Under the pieces are notes generated by a model. That model did not search any database. It was not told the origin of the DNA and was given only the letters and a program-made list of their open reading frames with translations. The position numbers and the translations under genes were made by a program. Positions 49,074 to 62,028 of a stretch of DNA of 64,000 nucleotides are shown piece after piece. The DNA is from Spizellomyces punctatus DAOM BR117. Taxonomy: Eukaryota. Within the stretch, counting starts at the first letter, position 1, and each line of letters begins with the position of its first letter. Where the stretch lies: assembly GCA_000182565.2 (NCBI GenBank), contig KQ257464.1. One strand, given 5' to 3'.

Positions 49074-52000
49074 CTATAGTTCATCTCTAACGGGAGAATA
49101 CTGGGATATACTTTCAGTCACCCCAGAGGTCTTTGTCACATTTCCGTGTACTTGCGAATGGCCAACGCGTTTGGCGACAGCAGCTACTTCTGCGTCCAGA
49201 CCTTCCCATTCGGGTAAAATGCGTTTTGCTCTCTCTAGTTTGGGCTCTTTAGTCAAAGGATTATTGCACTATGATATTCATCGAAAGAGTTGAGTAACGC
49301 CGCATCATGAAAGAACTAAATGAAAGCTTTTCCAACCAGATCAATGGTCTTAGCTGTCTTCAAGGACTCGTCACTGCACCAAGTTTCGCACCATAGCCTG
49401 ATTGTGAATTCTCATTGAGCGGGATGATCACACAAACGTCAAGCCGCTGACTACGCACCAGTCTTGGGACAGCGAATATATAGGAAGCTGTCGAGCAGTA
49501 TTCATGTTGTTGGGCAAATCTTGGTCCAAATTAGCCAGAGAATTTGGATCGGCACTCAGCATTTGGTATTGCTGGCGAAGTTGATCACCAGCTGCCAGTT
49601 GTCTGAACCGCTTCAAATCTATGACGTAGAGAGCGCTGCAAGGTGCTATAGCGTCAGAATGCCAGACCTATGTTTGGCACGACAAATGAAATAAACCTGA
49701 TATGATAAGGCTTTCCCGCCAAGTGGTCCTTCCAATATCCATGCTTCCAGAATCGAAAGCCTTCCATCTCTTTCCGATCATCACAAAAAGGAGTATAACC
49801 GTACACGGCGCCATGAAGATCAAGATCGACGAGCTGCTTCAAATCGGTGCGGACCACTTGGTCAGCATCCACAAATATAACCCTGTCCAGATTCAATGGG
49901 AACAGGACATCCAAGAACAGGATCTTATAGCTATAATAAGAGGACAGGATGAACATCTTCCTATGCATACCATGAAATAAGCCGCTTACTTACCCCCAGA
50001 TAGTTCTCTGTTTTTCTGTTTGCTGGCGGAGCCAGTGAGGCCAATTGTCTGTATGAATGGCATTGTCAACAAATACTTCCGTACAGGATCCAAACAAAAC
50101 ACATACATGTCACAAGCTCATACTCAAATCCGTAGGCTTTTGCTAAATGAGGTAAGAATTCCTACACGGGTAATTAGCTACAACGTCATTTTGATATTGT
50201 GCGTGCGCGAAGTCCCATTGCCTACCTTGAAAGAGGGAGACAGGAAATTGCGAACTAACCAGAACTTGACCGGACTCTGAGTGTTCTTCACGACACTAGG
50301 TACACCTCTAGCGTGGGTCTTTGCACATTCTTTGAATTCTTAGCACGAAGGACTTACGCACCTGAGCATCATGATGGACAAGAATCGTTCATATAGATGT
50401 CCAGAAGCGACAGAAAAGACGTTGATTGTGGCATTGGCTGAAGTGGACGCGGAAGAGCTGAAGAAGCTGAAAGAACATAATGGTCAAAAGAATATCGGGG
50501 ACAAACGTAGATTACCCACTTACTTGGCTTTAATTTGATTCCAAAGCCCTTTCCCTTCACCACTTTCCGCATTCTCCACCGCCAAAATGTCCTCTTGCTC
50601 TCTCCCAAGTTTCTTCTTTACAACTGGGAGGACAGTGACACCTTCGAAGCTGTTGACAACGATCGTTGGTCCGTCCTCGCCAGCCAAGGTAGTAGTCTGC
50701 GCCTCAAGAGTGTCGGTAATCGACTCGAACTCGTACAACTCGCGAGATCGTCCTTCCCGAAACCGCAAATGCCATACACCAGGATTGGCCTTCAATTGAA
50801 GGTAACCAAGATTTGCCATCGTAATAGTATCATACATTGAGGGAGACTGCTTAGTTCCTAACACGAACTGTAGTCCGCGAGGTGGTCCATTCGTCCTGCT
50901 ATCCCTGGCGTGGCCTGTAACAGGGGGTGATGGTCTGTCAAACTGTCATGATCATCCGCTGATTATACACCCACCTTCAACTAAAATGTTTTCGAGTAAA
51001 AACTCTGCGTCAACTCCTTTGCGGCGATTGGTAAGAGTTGACAGTCGTATGTTGTCAAGGTCATGAATAGATCTGCTAGGAAACACTAGCCATGAGCTTG
51101 CCACTATCATCGTATATCATGCAAATTAGTACAGCTGCCATGATGTTGCGTGGTAGGAGATGCACCCACCATCCATTCCAAGGGTGTATAAAGGCTCCTC
51201 CGGAAGACCATAGAACGCCGCACTGGGTGGTTTCATAGCGCTGTAGATCGTGAACGAGGGAGCGTAAACCACGTGGGAATGGAAACAGATACCGCTAGAC
51301 AGATCTCATACCCTGTTAAGCTATCAAATTCTGGCTCGGCCGCTACCACATAGCGGTAAAATCGCTTAATGGGGAGACTGCCACCCATGTCCGGTTCAGG
51401 GTTCAACAGGATCTCAATGCGAACGCCTTCAAGTTTGCTGAGGACTTGAAGTAACGCAGATACTTTCTGTGCAACCTGGCTAACGGGGTCCACTATGGCG
51501 ATGATACGAAGTAAGGCGTTTTCTTCCTTTCCGACAAGTATGCAGCTACGTCTGCAGTCAGCAAGAAATTGTCACCCAGATGTCGAAAATCATTCACAAC
51601 CTATGCTCTTTCTTGAGTTTCGCGAAAGTATCTAGCGGGCGTCTTGTTTGCGGGCTGGTCGACAATGGTTTTGAAATCTCCTGCATAGCGATTGTTGCCA
51701 ATGCCGACGTCGCTTTAAATATCGCCATCGATATGGCATCGCTGGCCGCCACAACAATCAATAATCGGACACGCCATCTGGAGAAGCTGGTGACACAGGT
51801 GAGTACCTTTGTCTATCCGGAATACCAAAGAATCCAGCCATCTTCGTCGCGACATTTCCAATTCGTTGCCGGAATTCACGAGCAATGAGCAGCTCAAAGT
51901 CTTGAGCATCAAAGGGGATCTCAGAGGGAATGGGACCGACGATCTTTCTCAAAAGAGCTGTGAACAAAAGATCATAGCTTGCGAACAGGCGCTTTTGTCG

Positions 52001-55000
52001 TCTATCCTTACCCGTCCGTTCACGACAATCGCTCGCTGTCCAGTAGCTAGCCCCAGACTTCTTATAAAGGCCTGCGTCTTGGTGTGTAGGCTTTCGCCTG
52101 TGACTGTGATGCAAACGAGTTCGCTGACGTTGGACTAGAGCAAGAGTAGCACTAACCCTACGCCATATCTACCTTGAAACACTTTATCTAACTCATCCAG
52201 TCCTTCTTCTTGAACTTCCGCGTCAGCCCTGGTTGATCGAGGTACCTTCGATACAGGCTCAGCACCGCTATTGATGAATGTCATCCGCACGCCCTCGGAA
52301 AAAGACTGCAAAACATATATTCAACACCGCGTTTCCAAGATGGCCCACTAGAGTCGATTACTTACGAGATATTGAACTGCTTGCAAAGCAAAATCGATAC
52401 CTTCCTTTTGAGCGAAGTCTGCAACTACAATGATAGATATTGTGCTAGGGACGGTCTCTACAGATTGCATCCAGATTAGCGAATAATGTAAGCATATCTC
52501 CAGATGCCACGTCTCACCAGGTGATAGCCAAACAATGTCAGACAAAAGTTCACATTCGTCGCAGTCAAGGAAATTTTTCATAACTGGTTCACCAAAAATG
52601 AACTCGTTGCGCTTGCTATTAACGTTGGGTAACGTTAAGAAATGATCATATAAATTGTCACGATCGGAAATTTGTCCGTTGTAGACCTATGTCAACTTCA
52701 GTCAAGACGCGGCGGCAGTCAACCGTGCTCCTCTTACGAAATGGGACATACTTTCTGCATTAAGTAATCCAGCATTTTGAAATACGTGGTGATCATGGAT
52801 TGTTGCCATTCCTGAAGTCAACGTGAGCACTTCAGATGTAACAGATATGACCGCTAACTACCACCTATCCGTAATAAATACCTCGTTCAGTGGAACATAT
52901 TTGCCGTTAGCAAATACGGCACCCTCTCTCAAGCTCGTGCCAAAGCGGAGGGAGAACTCATGCAACCGACGAACATGACCGCTATATCCGTCGTTCCATT
53001 CTGCTAGAGCTGCTTTCAGAGACTTCCCAGCCACTTTATTATATGCGGAATCCACCGCATTTGGCGTAAGGGTTTCGTCGCCGCTAGCATCGCGAAGCTA
53101 TAGGTATCATTCAGGGTTACTGACTATGGTTGAAGATATGGTGCATGCCAAGCGAGTAAGTACCGCTTGTATGAAATTCTTGGCATCCTTTAGTTTCGCG
53201 TGCTTAAGGAGATGATAGAATGCCCCAGCGGCCAGTGATGCTGGAAGGGAGGATTTGTCACTGTCTGATCCGAACAACGGCTGGACTGCTACAGCAATCC
53301 TTACACGCGGAGTCATGGTGTTGTATATCTACCAGGGGCAGTATCCCAAAACGCAATGGCACTTCACGCTCAATAAATGCGAAGACTTGAGTCATAATCT
53401 GAAGATGGGACGGATTCGCCAAATCCAAATTGAGCACAGTGCTCATCAAGTTCTTCCGCAAGTATTTAAGCTGCCCGGGATAAGATGGACGAACAACCTA
53501 GTAATTAGATGCAGAGTTATTTATGATGGTAGCAAAAATGAGCTTGGGTTGCCACATCTCACACCTCCATGACGCTTGCTGGCCAGTATTTATACCGACT
53601 GTCCTTTTCGAGATTGTTCCACCATACCACGAGATCGGAGCGCACGTCGAACGTCTCGCCCCATTCAAGATCGGAGCCACTCTTCTCGCTGATAGGAGTG
53701 GTCAGCAGATCAACTGCCTGGTCTGAAGTGAGGTTAAGCGCTGTGAGCGATGCTACTCGGCTGACTTCCATCCGCAGTGTCCGCTGCAGACTGCGCACGT
53801 GTGTCAGTCGAGTGAGCTATTCGGTGCAAGCGAAGAAACGCAAACCTGAAAATATCAATCCGCTCCGGATCCAACTCAATTCCATTGATCCACAGTCCAT
53901 GACGGCGAGCAGCTAGGTAAGCGCGATTGTACGACAGTTCCGACGCTATCGCGGCTTCCACTTGCACTCCTTTCAGAAGGTGCGCAAACTTCGGAAAGTT
54001 CTGACTGACATCGACAAGAGCACGTAACGGGTTTGTGCAGTTCAAAATGAACTGCGTGGTTTTGAGTCCGAGACCTAGGAGAATGTAAGTATGAACGCGA
54101 TCGCATCGCTCAGACGGTAGGCAGTACCTTGGGTTTCATTGGCAGTTAGAGCCATGACTCTTGGAGGCGATTCAAAGAGTGGATCGTCTTCATTCATGAC
54201 ACTGCGAGTGCCCGATTCGCTGGATGTGCTCTCATCTCCTATCGCAGTTTTAGTCAGCATGGCAATGTCGAGTCATTGCTGAACCAGGTATGTGACTTTT
54301 GGCACCTTTCTGCACTTCTCGGTCGTCAACAACTTTATATTCAGTGCTCTTCAATGCGAGTTCGACTCCGTATCCGGAAACGTGAAGCGGTTCTTCTGGC
54401 ATTGCAGAAGGTGGCTTATACCGTAAGACATAAGCGAGATCACCTCGCCGAGCCGATGCAAGAAGTGCCGAATGGAACGGCGGAAACGCATCTGACTGCA
54501 AGTCGGCGTAAAGCACCGCGAAAGGGCGACTGTTAACTGAATTATCTAATCGATAGATATGGTCGGATGGGAAAACCAATGGCGCTGACGCATTGCTAAA
54601 TAGAGACGGGGACATTAGATCGAGTACTAACACGTCGTCATCTCACTCCATTAGCACATTGTATTCGCGGACAAAGATGGCAGTAAGCGACCATACAGGA
54701 TATTGAAACCAACAGAACTACACCTATTGCAACGGCGTTTGGCAATAGTGAATAATATGTCGACTGGACTAACCTGACAGATGCACTGACAAGCTTCTCA
54801 ACTTCACTGACGTCGCACGATTGAGTCCCGTACCAATCTAGCCAGACGTCACATTTTTGATTAAACTTTGCGCTTGGAGACCCAAAGGCAGGCAAAACAT
54901 TTTCGGTGTAAAACCGATACTGTGCTTGTATGCGGGGAGCACTACTACGAGTCGCTAGTGACAGCTTCAATAACGATAATGATGCAGCACTCAATAGAAA

Positions 55001-55402
55001 CGACTCTCTTTGCGAGTCTCCTGGCGTTTTGCTCAACCCCTCATCCAGCCCTCCAATAATCTCATTGTAAATTCTGTTGGAATTCGCTGCTGAAGAGCGA
55101 GAGAGTACTCCTGTGCTTGCCAGCTGCGAAATGTAGTCAAAGGCTTGTGCACCACGATCTTGCGCGACAAACTCTCTAAACGGAAATAAATCAACTTTAG
55201 TCCTTGGAATGATGCACGGCGTTCATGACCATGATAACGCAGGCGGATTTCAATACATTGCTTCTAGAATGAGGGGCGGGGCTGGCCATTCAGTCTTCAG
55301 TCGAGTGATAACAGGAGCTGAGCTCTCCTGAGGGTTGGTGGTGGCGGGAGCCGCAAAGAGGAGAAGGGTAGTGGCATAAAGCCATCCTTTTTGCGACAAC
55401 AT
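49074..55402 (-). CDS. UGGT: UDP-glucose:glycoprotein glucosyltransferase
   Basis: Signal peptide; [78 protein letters not shown]-terminal RDEL. Confidence 0.97.
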
Positions 55403-55701
55403 CGTCCTTACGTTCACCTCCTTCGTGATGAGAAGGTTAATGTGGCCAAGATGGGTTTTGGAGTTGGGCAATCCCAGTCTGATCTTGTAGAGTTTTCCGT
55501 GCCTGGGATGTTGCGAACGATGTGACACATGTATTTGCGAGTTCGATTCCCGGACAGTGTATTCGATCGAATCTTTTTTTCTAAAAGACCTCCTTCCAAC
55601 TATCAGGCTTTGTTTTAAGAGCGAGTTAAGCCAATCTATTACGAACACACACGCAATGGTGCAAATATACAATGGCGATTGGCCGATTTGAATGATGCGA
55701 T

Positions 55702-56673
55702 TTAACCTGCTTTAACAGCTTGGAGTCCTTGGTTCATGACCTCTTCAAAGTGTCGATCTGCAAGAAGTATATGACATCATTTATTGGTCTGTAGAAATCG
55801 GCTCACGGCAGACATCGCAGCACTTACCAACTTGTTTCTCGTGCGGATCAGTTGCGGCGAGCGCTGAATAAGGCCATTATATTATGAGCATTTCTCAATC
55901 AAAAACCTGCTTGAGCAACAGATCCAAGGGTCATACCTGCAATCCCGCCAATACCGGCAAGAGCTATAGCCGAAACAATTCGTAAAAGGTCAGCGACCCA
56001 GATAGTGGAATGATCATCAGCGAAGGCGAGTTCTTACCCATGACCTGAGCCACCAAACGTGCATTGATGATCTTCTGGGCGGGGGGAATGTCTGGACGAC
56101 GCCAGTTATACAAGAATGCACCAGCTAGTGTTCCAGACCACAACGCCACTGTATCAGAGATACTGACTTTGAGAAATGTGACCCCCAAAGACCATTTAAC
56201 TCGGTCTTACTTACTGACAAGAGGATACCGGTGCTTAATTAGCCATTGGCGGACGCCAGTAATTGGCTCCAGTTGGCGTATCTCGGCTTCCGCTTGTTGG
56301 GGATGGATTGCAATGCGCTGAGCCAGTTGACGTGATACTCTGATCGACGCACGGTCGGACACAGTAAAGAACGTTCCTGTTGTCACTCCCAGAACTAGAA
56401 ACGTCTGAGAAGAATTAAATGTCTGGCTCCATGTAACTGCTCGTTACAAAGCAGAGCCACATTCCAGCAGTTGCTTACTTTGAAAGGCAGACGAAGGCGT
56501 CTAAACGCCGGCCAAGTTCGGTCTGCAGCAACAACGGCAGCCGTTGTCACTCCCGCAGCCACAGCGGCGGCCTTCGTACCCTCCCAGATGATATGGTTAT
56601 ATAGTTGTTCTTTCTCTTCAGCAGAAACTTGGGATTTGGCTTGTACATTGGAATTAAGAGTACTGTCGCTCAT
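55702..56673 (-). CDS. RCF2: HIG1-domain respiratory supercomplex factor (Rcf2-like)
   Basis: PAFRRLRLPFK, ALWSGTLAGAF, AQKIINARLVAQ. Confidence 0.75.
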
Positions 56674-56874
56674 TGTGCGGGATTGTGTATATGGGTATAT
56701 GGCTGGGGGAAAACTGAGACCAACTCGCTTTTTATCCAAACCTACAGTCCAGTCCATTTGTACGTGATGACAAAGTGACGTGTGCGCAGCAGGTAATGAT
56801 GAGTCAGCAATCGGGATCTTGAAGGTTGAAGAGACAATCGCTCCATGTTTTTGTTGATTGGACTGGGCAGCACC

Positions 56875-59067
56875 ATGGCCGATAGGCCGTCCATGTACCG
56901 ACGGAATACCGCGGTGACCCCTCTTTCACAGCGAACCGTTTCAGTGTCCATCAATGGGTCATTATCTGAATTACCTTCCGGATGGACTAGTGCTGTTCAA
57001 AGCGCTCGGCCGAAGGCAACTCAGCCGGTGAAGCTACCACCAAGTACTCTCAATGAAATCATTAGCCATTTGACAAATGATTCGCGAACATTGTCGGATC
57101 AAAATGGCCAGGCAGAGCCACCGGTTTCTGAAAATGCAGCGCACAAAGCTTTTCTGAGCAGCGACGCTTGGCCAAGGTTGGGGGATCCTCAGCCCCATTC
57201 GCAAGGTCCGCTACTGCTACTGTCCAAATTGCAGATCGCCACTTGTATTTACAAGAATCATTATAGCTGTTAAGCAGGTCGATATTCGCAGCAAATTGTC
57301 GGGTATCGTTCGTAAGTGATCGTTCTTCCGAGTGGCGAACCTTGGCCTGCTGGTCTACATCTCTGACGGCGATGAATTAGCGTCGAATGCATTAGAGCTT
57401 GACGATCTCAACTCTCGAATTCGGCAACTGGCTGCAAAACTGCGACTAACAGATCCGGAAACCGAGTTGAAGTTGGCTGTAAATTCGGAGGACAGTGACG
57501 CTCCTGCGACGGATGGCCTACTCACAAGCATCATCGACCCCGTGGTACCCTTTTCTTCAAGTGAGCAATAAATACAAATTGACAGCGCTAGATTATAACA
57601 TCTTACATATGAGTTGCGATAGTCTTTCTTACTGAAGTTCCCAGGCTTCGGTCAAATGGGGAGCGAGATGGCTCGGAATTGCCATCTCCATTGATGGCTG
57701 TACCTCAAGAGAAGTCGATAGAGGTGTGGGAACCCGGTGATCTTAATTCCTTCTTTTCCCTTCACTAACTGCAACATACTAGCATGCTAAATTCCCCGGC
57801 GTTCAAGAAACCCCGCTCTCCCTCCCCAACGGTGTCGCTCCGAAAAGAATGCTCTTCCGCGTGCTACAGAGCCGAACTCATCGGCGGAAGCTACGGCAAA
57901 AATTCATGAAGACAGAAACCGAATGTATTCTCATGGACTGCTTCTGGTATATGTTCCTTCATTTTTGGCAACCGAAAGCGCATGTCGACAAGGACAAATT
58001 ATTCGCACGTATCTCCCAAAACTATGTACATTTACTGCTAAAAACGGGCTCTAAGGAGAAGGATGATTTCTGTTCTGTGAGTCTGCAAGAAAGGACAAGT
58101 TTAGTGAGGCGCTTATTCTTTTATTGATGTTCAAAATTAGTTGTTTCCCGACGTAATGAGTCAAGCGGTGTATGTCAGTTTTTGCGAATGCTTCCCCGAT
58201 TCTATCAAGCAGTTTGACGAGGAGTTCCAAACCAACCTCTGCGACGTCTTATCGGAATGGATGAATGGCCTTAAGCCAACATTTCCGACGAAGTGGAAAC
58301 AGATTGGACCGATTGTTAATGGTAGCAGCTCAAAGTCCGAGCTAAAAGTGGAAGGACAAGGAAATGGCCAAGGTATATGATGTGGAATGGTGTTATGGCT
58401 CACCACGGTAGTCTAATTCATGTCTCTTCGAAGAGCAGAGTTTCTTAGACGAGGTGATGGGCAAATCAGAAAGCATGCATGGCGATCTCTTGAAACAGGA
58501 TGCTGTGGTACTGGCCCTATCTTACCAATTCAGTGGTCCATGTATAGAAAAAACTGATATGTGCCCATGCCCCAGCCATCTTGCCCAATGGGACCTGGTC
58601 CTCAGACGCATCGTGTTTGGTTTGACGCCAACAGGAATTCCGGCATTGTTGAGCGATACCTCGGAAAAGCGGAGCGACGGACACTCAAGATCCACCGAGC
58701 GGAAATCATTCGCGAAACTTTACTCAACGATAACCCGACCTATCGTCAAATCATTCTGGAATCTTTGCGTCGGTCCAGGAAGCTGCAACGCACATACAAA
58801 TTAAGCCAAGAAGAGGCTCAAAGAGAGAAGAACAGGCTACTGCAAAGCTTGAATGAGCAACTGACACGTGAAAGGAAACGGATCTGGAAGATATTAGCGA
58901 AACCAGAGCAGGTGGAGCCCACCGCCGATTTATTCTTTCTATTTTTCTAAAGGATGTCTTATCCTTTACTTCAACTCTTTGTGTAGGTTAAAGCCTCAGC
59001 TGACCAGATCGTTGACGACATACAGAAATTGCGCGAAAAGACGCCAACGATAAATCTTAGCAGATAG
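56875..59067 (+). CDS. FAM227-like (FWWh domain) protein
   Basis: ILMDCFWYMFLHFWQ..LFARISQNYV..FPDVMSQAVYVSFCECFPDS..FDEEF..LSEWMNG. Confidence 0.75.
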
Positions 59068-59102
59068 AGCATTGCAAGGCTAGGCGACTTATTGGAACCT
59101 GC

Positions 59103-60444
59103 TCATGAGTTCAATTTAATTGACTCATCCCGCTGATTATGGAGGAATATATCAGCGAATGTGATATGAGATAGCGCGCGTGAAACAAAAGACAACTCAC
59201 AATAGCCTCTAGGTACGCTCGTAAGTGCTCTGGATCATGATCTGGGTACATGCCATGCCCCAAGTTCGCAATGTATCTCTCTTTCGTGCCGAATTTTTCC
59301 AGCATAGTCGCAACCTCCTGCTTGATTGTTTCCTTAGGTGCATACAACAAACTTGGATCGGCATTTCCTTGCAATGTCACTCGCCCTCCAGTGCGACGTC
59401 TAGCGTCGACTGGGTCTATTGTCCAGTCCAACGACATAATATCATACTCGATATTTGGGCTTGAGAGAGATTCCAATGCGTAATGCGCACCACGTGCGAA
59501 GACGACCATGGGAGTGGAGGCGAGATCAGGGTTTACGTCGCGCAGGGCGGCACGTACTCGCAGCGGAATTTGCTTCAGGTAGGGCAGGGAAAAGGTGGCA
59601 AAGTGCGAGGGAGAGAGTTCACCAGCCCACGAATCGAAAACCTGCAACAGCTAAAAGAATCGGAAATCATCAGGCCCTGTGCCAGATGCTCTAGAAAAGT
59701 AGGATTACTCACTTGCGCGCCGGCCTTAACTTGCGCGACTAGGAAGTCCACCACAACATCCGTGATCCGCTGCAGCAAATCCTTGCTTTCCTCAGGCCAC
59801 TTCACCAACCATGCCTTCGCCTTACTCAATGTTTTGCTGCCACCTCCTTCGATCATATAGGCCATTAAGGTCCATGGTGCTCCAACAAATCCAAAAAGTG
59901 GCACACGGCCATCCAGTTTCTGCCTTGTCAAGGTGATAGCCTCCAACACGTATCGCAGGTCGGTCTCTATATCCACCTTTGTCTTCAAGCGGGCTAGGTG
60001 AGTCGGATCTACCAGAGGGTCAGGAAAGTGCGGTCCTTTTTTTTCAAGCATTTGTACTTCAAGTCCCATTGCCTGTGGGACGACAAGGATATCGCTGAAA
60101 ATAATACTGGCATCCAACAATCCAGCATAACGGTCAATAGGTTGAAGTGTCACCAGGCATGCCAGGGAGGGGTTCCGGCAAATGGTAAAGAAGTCGTGCT
60201 GGGCACGGACCTCACGAAACTCTAAAGTACGACAAATAATTCAGACTTTACATTGCAAATCACTGCTGATCCTTCTTGTCCAACAATTACCTGGTAAGTA
60301 CCGTCCCGCTTGTCGCATGATCCATACTGGCACACGTTCAACGCTTTCTCCACGCGCAACCCTGAGTATCAGGTCATTTTTGAGAGGTGGAAAGTCCTGG
60401 TCCGTGTAGACCGGATATGGTTTGGCAATATCGTTACTGACCAT
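59103..60444 (-). CDS. HEM12: Uroporphyrinogen decarboxylase
   Basis: [66 protein letters not shown]. Confidence 0.97.
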
Positions 60445-60497
60445 GTTGCCGTACAACATTTCTGCAAACAATGCTGAGATGGTGCCAAGCTGTTGCC

Positions 60498-60511
60498 GTT
60501 GCCGTGGCAAC
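60498..60511. promoter_or_regulatory. X-box (RFX-type) motif in the HEM12/SEN54 divergent promoter
   Basis: GTTGCCGTGGCAAC, a near-palindromic match to GTTGCCATGGCAAC. Confidence 0.45.
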
Positions 60512-60637
60512 AGTGACGAGCCGATGACATCGATCGCGGAGTGCTTCAGAGTTCTCGATAGTCGTCGACCTGGTACAGCTAGATTTCAACGGACAGTATC
60601 GAAAGGCTCACCGACCCATCTGGATAAAGCGGCGGAC

Positions 60638-61974
60638 ATGGAACTGGAAGAGGAGACGGAGGCAGAAGGCATTGATTATCGGTGTTTGCTGCGTGGCAAG
60701 TAAGCAAAGAAGGGTCTTGCAAGAATGTCCGCACTCTCCCTTACTGTATATCACGCCAGCCAGACAGCACTGGTACGAGGTACAAAGGACTTTGCACCAG
60801 ACGGATCTGAACGGCAGAATAGCGCTTTGGTGGAGTCCCGCAACGCACTATATCAAGTTTTACGAGAGGAACGGAGAGCATCCAAGTCTGTTCATGCTAT
60901 GCGATAGAGAATAGCATAAGCTCGAGTATCTAATGCGAGTAAATATGCGTGGAGCAGGAGAACCCTTAGCGAAGCAATATGGCACCACCACTCCAAAACC
61001 GCTGAGGTGACGCTTCACCGGGGCACGCACTTCCAGGTTATAGGGACTACCGTCGACAAAACACTCCGCTTGTTACCAGAGGAAGCTCTCTTCATGCTTG
61101 AGCGAAACGCCTTGACGCTCCGGTATCTTGGTGGAATAGTATCGGTGCAACATGGCTATAATCTCTTGTTGGATGACGCCGGAATGAGTATGAACGTGTA
61201 TCAGGTACCCTTCTCGATTTGACTGCTATCGTCATTGTCATAGCGACGTAGTTAATGTGCATGACAGATATATGCATACCTTAAACGACTTGGATACATC
61301 GTGCTCCGAAGTCGGCCAAAACCCACTGTACCCCAATATCACAGCCCCGTGATGGCAGGTAATAATCTACCAACACGCAGCTCCATTCCTTCCCTCCTTC
61401 ACTACTGACTGTGGTTCAGTCGTACAATATGCCAGAGACTTTATCATCAGATGGATGCGATGGCTATTTGGCCATTGGCTATCGCCTACTTGGCCATTAG
61501 TGAAACTAAGAACTTGTCGACTTGCTGGTGTGTATTGAATCAAACTGGATGCGTCCATGAAAGGGAGGCGGAAAAACTGACCCTTCTCTTAAACAGGTGA
61601 CATCTACAAGCAACTTCAAGTAGTGCCTCGCGTTTCCATTTCCAGTGTGTCACGTCCAGTATCAACAAGCACACTACCGTTTATCGTATTCGATGTTTAC
61701 AAACCACGGACCGGCTTTCGCAAGTCGAATCCCGGGCCTCCGAACTTTCGAGTGGTGGCGCAACGGTAGGTTGGCTTTCCAATGTGTCCCCGACACACTT
61801 TACTTAACCGCATTGACTTGGTAAAATAGTGCTTCAGATGGTCTGCCAGATTATAATCTGTTACGCAACCTTTTTGATCACACGGAAGAGGGTGTGCAAC
61901 TCAAAGTTGGGATAGTTGACGGTGGCAATGTATCATTTCTTTCTCTCTATGAACCAAAGCCATCACCTTTTTAG
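60638..61974 (+). CDS. SEN54: tRNA splicing endonuclease subunit Sen54
   Basis: RGTKDFAPDG, RGTHFQVIG..LLPEEALFMLER, YQIYAYLKRLGYIV, FDVYKP..FRKSNPGPPNFRV. Confidence 0.9.
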
Positions 61975-62028
61975 CTTACTACATACATATGCTTATGCAT
62001 TTTAATTACAATATGACGATATACTCAA

